DNA of 64,000 nt. Source: Alphaproteobacteria bacterium (GTDB taxonomy: Bacteria > Pseudomonadota > Alphaproteobacteria > SHVZ01). The translations under genes and the position numbers were made by a program. The notes under the pieces were generated by a model. It made no database searches and was not told the DNA's origin. It was given only the letters and a program-made list of their open reading frames with translations. Shown one piece after another: positions 1 through 10,091 of this stretch (position 1 is its first letter; each line of letters opens with the position of its first letter). The DNA lies in assembly GCA_009694025.1 (NCBI GenBank), contig SHVZ01000003.1, positions 6,608 through 70,607 of the forward strand. The letters run 5' to 3'.

Positions 1-419
1 GCGGCGACCTGTCGGTTCGCATCGATACCCATGGCGGGCGCTATGTCGAAGGGCTGGACGTCGGCGCCTCCTATGCGGTGCTCGAGCGCAATGTCCCGGA
101 GGTGACCCGCGGCTACCGCTCGGAGGCCGAGCTACGGAACCTGATCGGCCCGGGCGTCTCGGCCGCCGCCGTCTGGCACATGCGCGAGCAGCTCGACCGG
201 GCAGGATTCCCCAAGGTCAAGATCGTCGCCTCCTCCGGATTCAATCCGGCGAAATGCAAGGTGATGGCGGTCGCCCGCGCGCCGGTCGACGCGATCGGCA
301 CCGGCTCCTATCTTCCGGAGAACTGGAGCGAGACCTACGCCACGTCCGACATAATCCAGTACGACGGCAAGCCGCGCGTGAAGGTCGGGCGCGAGTTCCT
401 GCTGCGTCGGCCAGGGTGA
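1..419 (+). CDS. phosphoribosyltransferase of the nicotinate PRTase (type II) family, C-terminal part; 5' end lies outside the window
   Basis: The frame-3 translation from nt 3 (GDLSVRIDTHGGRYVEGLDVGASYAV...) runs continuously into ORF 78..419. It ends 4 bp before the next gene and is the first gene of a tightly packed NAD-related operon. The family call is by eye only. Confidence 0.5.
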   Translation, partial: GDLSVRIDTHGGRYVEGLDVGASYAVLERNVPEVTRGYRSEAELRNLIGPGVSAAAVWHMREQLDRAGFPKVKIVASSGFNPAKCKVMAVARAPVDAIGTGSYLPENWSETYATSDIIQYDGKPRVKVGREFLLRRPG

Positions 420-423
420 CCCG

Positions 424-1158
424 ATGACCGGCGACAAAATTCCCGAAGGCTCGATCTCGCTGCAGCCGTTCTTCGACGAGCTGAAGCAACATCTGAAGAA
501 GACCACGGTCGGGAGCTTGGCCGGCAACCGGACGCCGCGACAGGTCCGCGCCGTCGCCGACACGACGATGGAGGCCTTCACGACGGCCGTCACCCGCCTC
601 GAGGCGTTGTCGCCGCCTGAGAAGCCGCTCGCCTGCAAGAAGGGCTGCGCGCATTGCTGCCATCTCGCGGTGATGACCGAAGGAGCAACGGTGATGCGCA
701 TCGCCGACCACGTCCGCGAGACGTTCACGACCGCCGAGCGGACCTTGCTCGACATGCGGCTGATCGTCTACGAAGACAAGGTCGAGAAGATGACCCAGAG
801 CCAGCGCAGCATGGCTCGCCTACCCTGTCCGCTCCTCGTCGACGGCGTCTGCACGGTCCACCCGGTGCGGCCGTTGGTCTGCCGCTCGTTCAACTCCTAC
901 GACGTCGAATCGTGCGAGAAACAGATCCACGGCGGCGGATCGACCGGCGACATCCCGGCCTGGAACGTGCCCTGGCTTCTCGGCCTCGCCCTCGAAAGCG
1001 GCGTCAAGGGCGCGTTGGTCGAGTCCGGCTATGCCGATGGCGATCTCGAGCTCGGGCTCGCGCTCAAGGCGGTCCTCGACCATCCGCATGCGGGCGAGCG
1101 CTGGCTCGCCGGCGATCGCCTCTTCGCCCGCTCCGCCTGGAAGGCGCGGAAGCCATGA
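424..1158 (+). CDS. YkgJ-family cysteine-cluster protein (putative Zn/Fe-chelating domain)
   Basis: Carries CKKGCAHCC and C..L....CTVHPVRPLVCRSF motifs typical of the CxxCxxCC YkgJ/UPF0153 family. Its stop overlaps the nadE start (ATGA at 1155-1158). Confidence 0.7.
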   Translation: MTGDKIPEGSISLQPFFDELKQHLKKTTVGSLAGNRTPRQVRAVADTTMEAFTTAVTRLEALSPPEKPLACKKGCAHCCHLAVMTEGATVMRIADHVRETFTTAERTLLDMRLIVYEDKVEKMTQSQRSMARLPCPLLVDGVCTVHPVRPLVCRSFNSYDVESCEKQIHGGGSTGDIPAWNVPWLLGLALESGVKGALVESGYADGDLELGLALKAVLDHPHAGERWLAGDRLFARSAWKARKP

Positions 1159-2807
1159 CCGACCGTCTCGTCGTTGCCCTCGCCCAGGTCAACCCGACCG
1201 TAGGCGATGTCGCCGGCAACCGAGACAGGCTGCTCGGCGCGCGCGCGGAGGCGACGGCGCTCGGCGCCGATCTGGTGGTGCCGGGCGAGCTTGCTCTGTC
1301 GGGATATCCACCGGAGGATCTGGTCCTCAAGCCGGCGTTCCTGGACTCGCTCGCGCTTGCGGTCGACGAGATCGCCCGCGCCACCGCCGATGGCGGCCCG
1401 GCGGTGCTGGTGACCACGCCCTGGCAGGTCGACGGCAAGACCTACAATGCCGCCCTCCTCGTCGACGGCGGCAAGATCGTCGCCACCCGTCTCAAGCACG
1501 ACCTGCCGAACTACGGGGTCTTCGATGAGAAGCGGGTCTTCGCCGCCGGACCGATGCCCGGCCCGGTCGCGTTCCGCGGCGTCCGCCTCGGCGTGATGAT
1601 CTGCGAGGACATGTGGGGCCCGGACGTGGCGGAGACCCTGGAGGAGTCCGGTGCCGAGCTCCTGATCGTGCCCAATGGATCGCCGTTCGAGCACGAGAAG
1701 CAGGACCAGCGCCTCAATCTCGCGGTCGCCAGGGTGGTCGAGTGCGGCTTGCCGCTGATCTATGTCAACCAGGTCGGCGGCCAGGACGAGATCGTCTTCG
1801 ACGGCGGGTCCTTCGTCGTCGGGGCGGACCGGCACCTGAAGGCGCAGCTTCCGGCCTGGCGCGAATGCGTCCGTCCGGTCGTCTTCCGCCGCGACGGCGG
1901 AACCTGGGCCGCGGAAGGCGAGGTCGCCCGGGTCGCCAACGGTCATGAGTCGATCTACCAGGCGATGGTCCTGGGGTTGCGCGACTATGTCGAGAAGAAC
2001 CGCTTCCCCGGTGTCATCCTCGGCCTCTCAGGCGGCATCGACTCAGCACTCTCCGCGGCGGTCGCCGTCGATGCGCTGGGCTCCGACCGGGTCAGGGCGG
2101 TGATGATGCCGTCGCCCTATACCGGCCGCGACAGCCTGGAGGACGCGGCCGAGGTCGCACGCCTCCTCGGCATCCGCCTCGACACGGTGTCGATCGAGCC
2201 GGCGATGGGCGCTTTCGATGGGATGCTGAAGCCGCTGTTCGAGGGCAGGCCGCCCGACATCACCGAGGAGAACCTGCAGAGCCGGGCCCGCGGCGTCACG
2301 CTGATGGCGATCTCCAACAAGCTCGGCCACATGGTTCTGTCGACCGGCAACAAGTCGGAGATGTCGGTCGGCTACGCCACGCTCTATGGCGACATGTGCG
2401 GCGGCTACGCCGTGCTCAAGGACGTCTACAAGACGACCGTCTTCGAGCTCTGCCGCTGGCGGAACCAGGCGCTGCCCGAGGGCGCGAAGGGGCCGGCCGG
2501 CCGGGTGATGCCCGAGCGCGTCATCACCAAGCCGCCGTCGGCCGAGCTCAAGCCGAACCAGACCGACCAGGACACGCTGCCGCCCTACGGCGCCCTCGAC
2601 GACATCCTCTCCTGCCTGATCGAGGGCGAGATGAGGGTCGGCGACATCGTCGCCCGCGGCCACGACGAGGCGACGGTCAGGCGGGTCTGGCGCATGCTCG
2701 ACCGCGCCGAGTACAAGCGCCGCCAGGCGCCGCCGGGCGTCAAGATCACCAGCCGCGCCTTCGGCCGCGACCGCCGCTATCCGATCGTCAACGCCTTCCA
2801 GAAGTAG
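1155..2807 (+). CDS. nadE: glutamine-dependent NAD+ synthetase
   Basis: N-terminal CN-hydrolase (glutaminase) domain plus a C-terminal NAD synthetase domain with the SGGIDS PP-loop; 550 aa. The upstream extension of ORF 654..2807 is rejected because it overlaps the ykgJ-like gene. Confidence 0.9.
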   Translation: MTDRLVVALAQVNPTVGDVAGNRDRLLGARAEATALGADLVVPGELALSGYPPEDLVLKPAFLDSLALAVDEIARATADGGPAVLVTTPWQVDGKTYNAALLVDGGKIVATRLKHDLPNYGVFDEKRVFAAGPMPGPVAFRGVRLGVMICEDMWGPDVAETLEESGAELLIVPNGSPFEHEKQDQRLNLAVARVVECGLPLIYVNQVGGQDEIVFDGGSFVVGADRHLKAQLPAWRECVRPVVFRRDGGTWAAEGEVARVANGHESIYQAMVLGLRDYVEKNRFPGVILGLSGGIDSALSAAVAVDALGSDRVRAVMMPSPYTGRDSLEDAAEVARLLGIRLDTVSIEPAMGAFDGMLKPLFEGRPPDITEENLQSRARGVTLMAISNKLGHMVLSTGNKSEMSVGYATLYGDMCGGYAVLKDVYKTTVFELCRWRNQALPEGAKGPAGRVMPERVITKPPSAELKPNQTDQDTLPPYGALDDILSCLIEGEMRVGDIVARGHDEATVRRVWRMLDRAEYKRRQAPPGVKITSRAFGRDRRYPIVNAFQK

Positions 2808-2823
2808 CCGGCGGACGACGCGT

Positions 2824-4206
2824 ATGACTCTCGTTCGCTTCGCGCCGAGCCCGACCGGCCGTCTGCACGTCGGCAACGTGCGGACGGCGCTGGTCAACTG
2901 GCTGTTCGCCCGCCAGCAGGGCGGGCGCTTCCTCCTCCGCCTCGACGACACGGACACCGAGCGCTCGACGCGGGAATTCGCGCGCGGCATCGAGGAAGAC
3001 CTGGCCTGGCTCGGGCTCACCTGGGACCTCTTCGCCCGCCAGTCCGAACGGAAGCACCGCTACGCCGAGGCGGCAGACCAGCTTAGAGCGATTGGCCGTC
3101 TGTATCCCTGCTATGAGACCGAGGAAGAACTGGAAGCGCGCCGCGCTGCTCAGCGTGCTGCTCATCGTCCGCCGGTGTACGACCGTGCGGCGCTTCGATT
3201 ACAGGAAGCGGATAGGCGCCGATTGGAAGCGGAGGGGCGAAAACCACATTGGCGCTTCAAACTCAACTATCCTGAGTATGTGAATCTTTCAGACATGGGT
3301 CTGAAGGAACTTGAGGCACTCGACATATCGGAGTTCGGCTGGCGCGATCTGGTTCGCGGGATGACATTTCCAAAAGCGCATAGCATGAGCGATCCCATAC
3401 TGATTAGGTCTGACTCATCACCGGTCTACTCGATTTGTTCGGTTGTCGATGACGTCGATTTTGGCGTGACGCATGTCATCAGGGGCGAGGATCACGTTGC
3501 GAATACGACGGTCCATATCCAGATCTGCCACGCTCTTGGGTTTTCTCATCCTGAATTCGCGCACCTTCCGCTAATCGCGGGAGTCGAGGGCGAGAAGCTG
3601 TCAAAGCGAATCGATAGCCTGTCGATCGCGAGCCTCCGGGACGACGGCATCGAGCCGATGACCGTCAACAGCCTGCTCGCCCATCTCGGCACCTCCGAGG
3701 CGGTAGAGCCCTACTCTTCGCTCGACGACCTGGTCGGGCATTTCGATCTCGGTCATTTCGGTCGGGCGACGCCGAAATTCGATCCGGACGAGCTGCCCCG
3801 GCTCAACCATCGCCTGATCCAGCACCTGTCCTTCGCCGAGGTCGCGGACCGCCTGCCGGTTGGCGCCGATGAGCCGGTGTGGCTGGCGCTTCGGCCGAAC
3901 CTCGCGCGGGTTGCCGAGGCGGCCGACTGGTGGACGGTCATCCGGGGGCCGATCCGCCCGGGCATCGCCGACCCGCTCTTCGCCGAAGCCGCTGCGTCGC
4001 TGCTGCCGGCGGAGCCTTGGGACGAGGCGACCTGGGGCGCCTGGACCAAGGCGGTCGCCCAGGCGACCGGACGCAAGGGCAAGGACCTGTACCTGCCGCT
4101 CAGGCTGGCGCTCACCGCCCGCGCGCATGGACCCGAACTCAAGTCTTTGCTAGTCCTCATCGGCCGCGCGCGGGCCGAGGCGCGCCTGCTCGGAAAGGAA
4201 GCGTAA
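2824..4206 (+). CDS. gltX: glutamyl-tRNA synthetase (short GluRS/GluRS2-like form)
   Basis: [11 protein letters not shown] (HIGH-type) and KLSKR motifs are present. It contains a low-GC tract at about 3075..3625 (see findings). Confidence 0.9.
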   Translation: MTLVRFAPSPTGRLHVGNVRTALVNWLFARQQGGRFLLRLDDTDTERSTREFARGIEEDLAWLGLTWDLFARQSERKHRYAEAADQLRAIGRLYPCYETEEELEARRAAQRAAHRPPVYDRAALRLQEADRRRLEAEGRKPHWRFKLNYPEYVNLSDMGLKELEALDISEFGWRDLVRGMTFPKAHSMSDPILIRSDSSPVYSICSVVDDVDFGVTHVIRGEDHVANTTVHIQICHALGFSHPEFAHLPLIAGVEGEKLSKRIDSLSIASLRDDGIEPMTVNSLLAHLGTSEAVEPYSSLDDLVGHFDLGHFGRATPKFDPDELPRLNHRLIQHLSFAEVADRLPVGADEPVWLALRPNLARVAEAADWWTVIRGPIRPGIADPLFAEAAASLLPAEPWDEATWGAWTKAVAQATGRKGKDLYLPLRLALTARAHGPELKSLLVLIGRARAEARLLGKEA

Positions 4207-4213
4207 CGCCGTC

Positions 4214-5593
4214 ATGGGTCTCAAGCTGCACAACACGCTCTGGCGGAAGAAGGAGGAGTTCCAGCCCCTCGATCCGAACCACGTGCGCATGTACGTGTGC
4301 GGCGTGACGGCCTACGACTTCGCCCACATCGGCAACGCGCGCCCGGTGATCGTCTTCGACGTGCTCTACGGGCTGCTGAAACGGCTCTATCCCAAGGTCA
4401 CCTACGTCCGCAACGTCACCGACATCGACGACAGGATCAACGAGCGGGCCAAGGCGAACGGCGAGACGATCCGCCAGCTCACCGAGCGAACGCTGGCGCA
4501 GTATCAGGCCGACATGGGGGCGTTGCTTGCGTTGCCGCCGGACTTCGAACCGCGGGCGACCGAGCACATCGCGGACATCATCAAAATCGCGCAGATCCTG
4601 ATCGGCAAGGGCCATGCCTACGCCGCCGAGGGCCATGTGCTGTTCAACGTGCCGTCGATGCCCGACTACGGCAAGCTCTCAGGACGCAATCGCGACGAGA
4701 TGGTCGCCGGCGCCCGAGTCGACGTGGCGCCTTACAAGCGCGATCCTGCCGACTTTGTGCTGTGGAAGCCCTCGCGCGAGGATCAGCCGGGATGGGACAG
4801 CCCCTGGGGGCGCGGCCGGCCCGGCTGGCATATCGAATGCTCTGCGATGGCAATGACTTTGCTCGGCGAAACCTTCGACATCCACGGCGGCGGCCTCGAT
4901 CTCATCTTCCCGCACCACGAGAACGAAATCGCCCAGAGCTGCTGCGCCTTCCCAGGCACCTGGCCGATGGCGCGCACCTGGATGCACAACGGCATGCTCA
5001 ATTTCGGCTCGGAGAAGATGTCGAAGTCGCTCGGCAACTTCCGCACCGTGAACGAGCTGCTGCGCGAGGCGCCGGGCGAGGCGCTCCGCTACTACATGCT
5101 GACCGGCCACTACCGCCAGCCGCTGGAATGGACCGACCAGGGCCTGAAAGAGGCGCGGGCCGGGCTCGACCGGCTCTACCAGTCCCTTCAGGGAAGCGAT
5201 GCCCCGCCGGCGAATGAGCCGCCGTTTTCGGTGATGGCCGCGCTCGAGGACGACCTCAACACCCCGCTCGCGATCTCGCACCTGCACGAGATCGCGACCT
5301 TGCTCAACAAGGCGACGGACCCGTCGGAGAGGCGCCGCCTCACGGGCGAGCTCAAGGCGGCCGGCGAGCTGCTCGGTCTCCTCAAGCAGGATGCGACCGC
5401 CTGGTTCCGCTGGCAGCCGGTCGGCGCAACGAACCTCGGCGAGGCCGAGATCGCCGGGATGATCCAGCGTCGCCTGCTGGCGCGAAAGGCCAAGAACTTC
5501 GCCGAGGCCGACCGTATCCGCGGCGAGCTCAAGGCCCAGGGCGTGGTGCTCGAGGACACCGCCGCCGGCACGACCTGGAAGCGGGCGAGCTGA
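4214..5593 (+). CDS. cysS: cysteinyl-tRNA synthetase
   Basis: CGVTAYDFAHIGNAR near the N-terminus and a KMSKS motif; 459 aa. Confidence 0.92.
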   Translation: MGLKLHNTLWRKKEEFQPLDPNHVRMYVCGVTAYDFAHIGNARPVIVFDVLYGLLKRLYPKVTYVRNVTDIDDRINERAKANGETIRQLTERTLAQYQADMGALLALPPDFEPRATEHIADIIKIAQILIGKGHAYAAEGHVLFNVPSMPDYGKLSGRNRDEMVAGARVDVAPYKRDPADFVLWKPSREDQPGWDSPWGRGRPGWHIECSAMAMTLLGETFDIHGGGLDLIFPHHENEIAQSCCAFPGTWPMARTWMHNGMLNFGSEKMSKSLGNFRTVNELLREAPGEALRYYMLTGHYRQPLEWTDQGLKEARAGLDRLYQSLQGSDAPPANEPPFSVMAALEDDLNTPLAISHLHEIATLLNKATDPSERRRLTGELKAAGELLGLLKQDATAWFRWQPVGATNLGEAEIAGMIQRRLLARKAKNFAEADRIRGELKAQGVVLEDTAAGTTWKRAS

Positions 5594-5716
5594 CGGGCGT
5601 GGCCGCGGCGCCGCGGATCGTCGAGAACTACCGCCGCGCGCTCGCCGGGAGACCGCCGCTCCATCCGGTCGATCGCGACCGTCGCTACTGATCTGCGCTA
5701 TGGTCGGCGGACTCCC

Positions 5717-8407
5717 ATGTCGCAACGCAATCTCGGCGCCCTATTCCACCCGGCTTCGATCGCGCTCATCGGCGCCAGCGAGCGGCCGGGCACGGTCGGA
5801 GCGGTCCTCGCCCAGAACCTGCTGAAGGCGGGGTTTGGCGGGCCGGTGTTTCCGGTCAATCCCGGTCGCCGTTCGGTCGATGGGGTCTGGGCCTATCCGG
5901 ATGTCGCCAGCCTGCCGGCGACCCCGGACCTTGCGGTGATCGCCACGCCGCCCGCGACCGTCCCCGGCCTCGTCGCCGAGCTCGGGCGCCGGGGCACGCG
6001 CGCCGTGGTCGTCATCACCGCCGGATTCGGCGAGGGCGGCGATGCGGCAGGCAAGTTGCTCCGCCAGCAGGTGCTGGACGCGGCACGTCCACATCTCGTC
6101 AGGATCGTCGGACCCAACTGCGTCGGCGTTCAGCTTCCGGCCATCCGGCTCGATGCGAGCTTCGCCCGCGGCTTTTCCGATTCCGGCGATCTCGCCTTCG
6201 TCGTGCAGTCAGGCGCGGTTGCGACATCGGTCCTCGACTGGGCCAAGGCGCGGGCCATCGGCTTCTCCGCGGTGATCTCGCTCGGTGACATGATCGACGT
6301 CGACTTTGGCGATCTCCTCAACCACTTCGCCACCGACACGGCGACCCGGGCGATCCTTCTCTATGTCGAGGCGGTGACCTCGCCCCGGAAGTTCATGAGC
6401 GCCGCCAGGGCCGCCGCCCGGATCAAGCCGGTGGTGGTGGTCAAGGCCGGCCGCCACGCCGAAGGCGCGCGGGCGGCGGCCTCCCACACCGGCGCGCTCG
6501 CCGGATCGGACGCCGTCTACGATGCCGCCTTCCGCCGCGCCGGCGTTCTGCGCGTGCTCGACCTCCAGGAGCTGTTCGCCGCGGTCGAGACCTTGAGCCG
6601 GATCAAGCCCTTCGACGGCGACCGGCTGGCGATCCTCTCCAACGGCGGCGGCATCGGGGTGCTGGCGACTGACGCGCTGATCGATCACCGCGCCCACCTT
6701 GCCGACCTCGCGCCCGCGACCCTCGCCGGCCTCGACCGGGTGTTGCCGCAAACCTGGTCCAAGGCCAATCCGGTCGACATTATCGGCGACGCCACCGGGC
6801 GACGGTACGCCGATGCGTTGACCGTGCTGCTGGCCGATCCCGGCATCGATGCGGTGCTGATCCTCAACTGCCCGACCGCGATCGCCTCCGGGCTCGAGGC
6901 GGCCGAGGCGGTGGTCGGCGCCGCGGCGGCGGCGGGAAAGGGTCGGGTGGTGCTGACGAGCTGGCTCGGCGACTCGGCGGCCAGCGAAGCGCGGAAGCTC
7001 TTCCGCCGGAGCGGGATCCCTACCTTCGACACGCCCGAGCAGGCGATCCGCGGCTTCGCCCATCTGGTGCGATACCGGGAAAGCCAACGGCTCCTGATGG
7101 AGGTGCCGCCGTCGGTGCCGGAGTTCACGGTCGATACGGCGATGGCTCGGCGCGCGATCGACGGGGCCCTGGCCGAGGGGCGGGAGTGGCTGGACGAGGT
7201 CGGCGCCAAGACCGTGCTCGACGCCTACGGCATTCCGACCGTGCCGACGCGCATCGTCGGCGATGCCGCGGCGGCCGCGGCGGCCGCGGCGGCGCTTGCG
7301 CGGCCGGTCGCGCTCAAGATCCTGTCGCCGGACATCACGCACAAGTCCGACGTCGGCGGGGTGATCCTCGACCTCGACGGTGCCGAGGCAGTTCGGCATG
7401 CGGCAGTGTCGATGGCCGCGCGCGTCCGCGCGGCCAGACCGGAGGCTCGCCTCCGCGGCTTCACCGTGCAGCCGATGGAGCGCCGCACGGACGCGCTCGA
7501 AACCATCGTCGGAATCGCCGAAGACACGCTGTTCGGGCCGGTGGTGCTGTTCGGCCATGGCGGCACCGCGGTCGAGGCCATCGACGACAAAGCCCTCGCC
7601 CTGCCGCCGCTCAATCTCCGGCTGGCGCACGAGCTGATCCACCGGACCCGGATCGCCAAGCTGCTGGCCGGATACCGCGACAAGCCGCCGGTCGATCTGG
7701 ACGCGCTGGCGCTGACGCTGGTCCGGGTCGCCCAGCTCGCCGCCGATCTCGCCGAGGTGGTCGAGCTCGACATCAATCCGCTGCTGGTCGACGTCCGGGG
7801 CGTGATCGCTCTCGACGCGCGCATCCGGGTGCGCCGGTCGGCCGCTCCCGCCGAGGCTCGCCTGGCGATCCGTCCGTACCCGCGCGAGCTCGAGAGCGAA
7901 GCCGAGGCCGCCGGTCAGAAGATCCGCATCCGCCCGATCCGCCCGGAAGACGAGCCGGCGCTGCACGCCTTCTTCTCCAAGCTGTCGCCCGAGGACGTCC
8001 GCATGCGCTTTCTCCAGCCGCTGAAGCGGCTGCCGGGGGTCCTGGCCCAGCGCCTGACCCAGATCGACTACGACCGCGAGATGGCGCTGACGGCGTTCGA
8101 CGCGGCGGGCGAGGGGCTGCTCGGGGTCTGCCGGCTATCCGCCGATCCCGACAACGCCCGCGCGGAGTTCGCGGTGATCGTCCGGACCGATCGTCAGGGC
8201 ATCGGCCTCGGCCACGTGCTGATGACGCGGATTCTCGCTTATGCCTGGGGTCGCGGCATCGGCCGGGTGTTCGGCGACGTGCTGGCCGAGAACGCTCGCA
8301 TGCTGGAGCTCTGTCGCACGCTCGGCGCCGAGGTCAGATCGCACCCGGAGGATTCGACGCTGCTGCGGGTCGTCTTCCGGCATCCTCGGCATCGAAGCGG
8401 AGCTTGA
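5717..8407 (+). CDS. pat: protein lysine acetyltransferase Pat-type (NDP-forming acyl-CoA synthetase domains fused to a C-terminal GNAT)
   Basis: N-terminal CoA-binding and ATP-grasp domains of the ADP-forming acetyl-CoA synthetase family plus a C-terminal GNAT; 896 aa. Confidence 0.8.
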   Translation: MSQRNLGALFHPASIALIGASERPGTVGAVLAQNLLKAGFGGPVFPVNPGRRSVDGVWAYPDVASLPATPDLAVIATPPATVPGLVAELGRRGTRAVVVITAGFGEGGDAAGKLLRQQVLDAARPHLVRIVGPNCVGVQLPAIRLDASFARGFSDSGDLAFVVQSGAVATSVLDWAKARAIGFSAVISLGDMIDVDFGDLLNHFATDTATRAILLYVEAVTSPRKFMSAARAAARIKPVVVVKAGRHAEGARAAASHTGALAGSDAVYDAAFRRAGVLRVLDLQELFAAVETLSRIKPFDGDRLAILSNGGGIGVLATDALIDHRAHLADLAPATLAGLDRVLPQTWSKANPVDIIGDATGRRYADALTVLLADPGIDAVLILNCPTAIASGLEAAEAVVGAAAAAGKGRVVLTSWLGDSAASEARKLFRRSGIPTFDTPEQAIRGFAHLVRYRESQRLLMEVPPSVPEFTVDTAMARRAIDGALAEGREWLDEVGAKTVLDAYGIPTVPTRIVGDAAAAAAAAAALARPVALKILSPDITHKSDVGGVILDLDGAEAVRHAAVSMAARVRAARPEARLRGFTVQPMERRTDALETIVGIAEDTLFGPVVLFGHGGTAVEAIDDKALALPPLNLRLAHELIHRTRIAKLLAGYRDKPPVDLDALALTLVRVAQLAADLAEVVELDINPLLVDVRGVIALDARIRVRRSAAPAEARLAIRPYPRELESEAEAAGQKIRIRPIRPEDEPALHAFFSKLSPEDVRMRFLQPLKRLPGVLAQRLTQIDYDREMALTAFDAAGEGLLGVCRLSADPDNARAEFAVIVRTDRQGIGLGHVLMTRILAYAWGRGIGRVFGDVLAENARMLELCRTLGAEVRSHPEDSTLLRVVFRHPRHRSGA

Positions 8408-8648
8408 GGGTGAGCAGACAGACGGTCAGGCTGCCGCCGACGATGTGACCGAAGATCGACGCCCAGGCGTCGAGCAAGAGGACGTAGGCGAAGCCGAAGC
8501 CGTAGGAGACGAGCTGAAGCATCAGCCAGGCCGCCGACAAGTCGCCGGCGCTCCGGGTGCGCCAGGTCTTTGCGAGCTGCGGCACCAGCGAGGCAAGGCC
8601 GATGAACACGGCAACCAGGCCGATGAACTCGATCGTCAGCTTGTCCAT
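8334..8648 (-). CDS. SemiSWEET / PQ-loop small sugar transporter
   Basis: A roughly 100-aa protein with three TM helices and a PQLAKTWRT PQ-loop motif. Its C-terminus overlaps the pat 3' end convergently. Confidence 0.65.
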   Translation of the reverse strand: MDKLTIEFIGLVAVFIGLASLVPQLAKTWRTRSAGDLSAAWLMLQLVSYGFGFAYVLLLDAWASIFGHIVGGSLTVCLLTLKLRFDAEDAGRRPAAASNPPGAI

Positions 8649-8715
8649 GGGTTGTCGTTTCCCGTCCGGAAGCTATGGTGATGCCATGGCCGGCGCTCGA
8701 CCGTCGAGGCGCGAC

Positions 8716-9183
8716 ATGTTACGAATTTGTATCATGCGTATCGGCTTTAGCATCGTCCTGGCAATGGGGTTCGTCCTTGTCGCGGCGCCTTCGGCCCGCG
8801 CGCAAGAGGAGATCCGTGGCCGTGCCACCGTCGTCTCGTCGGACACCCTGGAGATCTCGGGAAAACGTTACCGGCTCTTCGGCGTCATCGGTCCGAGCCG
8901 CGAGCAGAAATGCTTGGCCGGCGCGCTTCCCTGGCTCTGCGGCAACGCCGCCTACAACCACCTGCGCGATCATGCGGACGGGAAGGTGGTGACGTGCGTC
9001 GACAAGGGGCTGGGCGACGACAAGAAACCGATGGCGCTGTGCAAGGTCGAGGGCCGCGATCTGGGATACACCCAGATCCGGAACGGTTGGGCCAACGCCG
9101 ACCCCAAATCGGGCAGCGACTACCAGACGGCCGAATTGGCGGCGCGCGCATCCAAGGCCGGCTTCTGGAAAGGCACCCAGTGA
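8716..9183 (+). CDS. secreted thermonuclease (SNase-like) family protein
   Basis: Signal peptide MLRICIMRIGFSIVLAMGFVLVAAPSARA followed by an SNase-like core (DTLEI...RYRLFGVIGPSREQ). The ATG at 8716 was chosen within ORF 8557..9183. Confidence 0.65.
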   Translation: MLRICIMRIGFSIVLAMGFVLVAAPSARAQEEIRGRATVVSSDTLEISGKRYRLFGVIGPSREQKCLAGALPWLCGNAAYNHLRDHADGKVVTCVDKGLGDDKKPMALCKVEGRDLGYTQIRNGWANADPKSGSDYQTAELAARASKAGFWKGTQ

Positions 9184-9220
9184 GGCGTTCCGCCGGCCGC
9201 CGCTTTCCGGGCGCCGGCGC

Positions 9221-10087
9221 ATGAATATCGCCACCAAGCTCGATCCGCCGATCATCGGACTGATCCTGGCCTCGGCGCTGATCCATGCCTGCTGGAACGC
9301 GCTGATCAAGTCCGACACCGACCGCCTCGTCACCTTCGCGGTGGTAATGGGGGTGGGCACCGTAATCGGCATCTTCTTCGCGCCGTTCGTCGCGATCCCG
9401 CGGGCCGAGGCCTGGCCGTGGCTGCTGACCTCGGTCGTCATCCACGGCTTCTACTACTACTTTCTGCTCCAGGCCTACGCGCACGGCGATTTGAGCTACG
9501 TCTACCCGATCGCCCGCGGCCTCGGTCCGCTGCTGGTGGCGGTCTTCTCGGGGGCGCTGCTCGCCGAGCACCTGTCGTTCCGCGAGGCGATCGGCGTCGT
9601 CCTCGTCTCCGTCGGCATCGCCGGCGTCGCCTTCGGCCGCGGCCTGCCGCGCGGCATCGACTTCCGGGCGACGGCCTTCGCCGTGCTGACCGGCCTCACC
9701 ATCGCCGGATACACCGTGGTCGACGGCACCGGCGCGCGCGTCTCCGGCGACCCGCTCGCCTACATCGTCTGGCTCAACATCCTGGAGGGCCCCTGGGTAA
9801 TGATGGTGGCCCTCCAGCGCCGCGGCTGGGGTGTCGTCCGGCACCTCCGGGTGCATTGGTGGCGCGGCACCGTCGGCGGCATCATCGCCACCCTCGGCTA
9901 CGGTATCGCCATCTGGGCCTTGAGCCTCGGTGCGATGGCGCATGTGGCGGCGATCCGCGAGACCTCGGTCCTGTTCGCCACGCTGATGGGCACGTTCCTC
10001 CTCGGCGAGAGCTTCGGACGGCGGCGCATCGCCGCCGCCGCCCTCGTCGTCGTCGGCCTCCTCACCATGAACCTCAGATTCGGATGA
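9221..10087 (+). CDS. EamA/DMT-family transporter
   Basis: Ten predicted TM helices with duplicated EamA-like halves. Confidence 0.7.
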   Translation: MNIATKLDPPIIGLILASALIHACWNALIKSDTDRLVTFAVVMGVGTVIGIFFAPFVAIPRAEAWPWLLTSVVIHGFYYYFLLQAYAHGDLSYVYPIARGLGPLLVAVFSGALLAEHLSFREAIGVVLVSVGIAGVAFGRGLPRGIDFRATAFAVLTGLTIAGYTVVDGTGARVSGDPLAYIVWLNILEGPWVMMVALQRRGWGVVRHLRVHWWRGTVGGIIATLGYGIAIWALSLGAMAHVAAIRETSVLFATLMGTFLLGESFGRRRIAAAALVVVGLLTMNLRFG

Positions 10088-10091
10088 CCAG

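Noticed and set aside
654-1154. N-terminal 167-aa extension of the nadE ORF
   Set aside because: It overlaps the ykgJ-like gene in another frame and has an Arg/Pro-rich junk composition. A conserved nadE N-terminus begins at the ATG at 1155, with ATGA coupling.
7255-7290. Tandem GCGGCGGCC repeats in pat, and GGCCAGATCGGC tandem repeats at 59822..59845 and 63877..63900
   Set aside because: These are short in-frame codon repeats (poly-Ala, GQIGQIG) inside coding regions, with no array structure.
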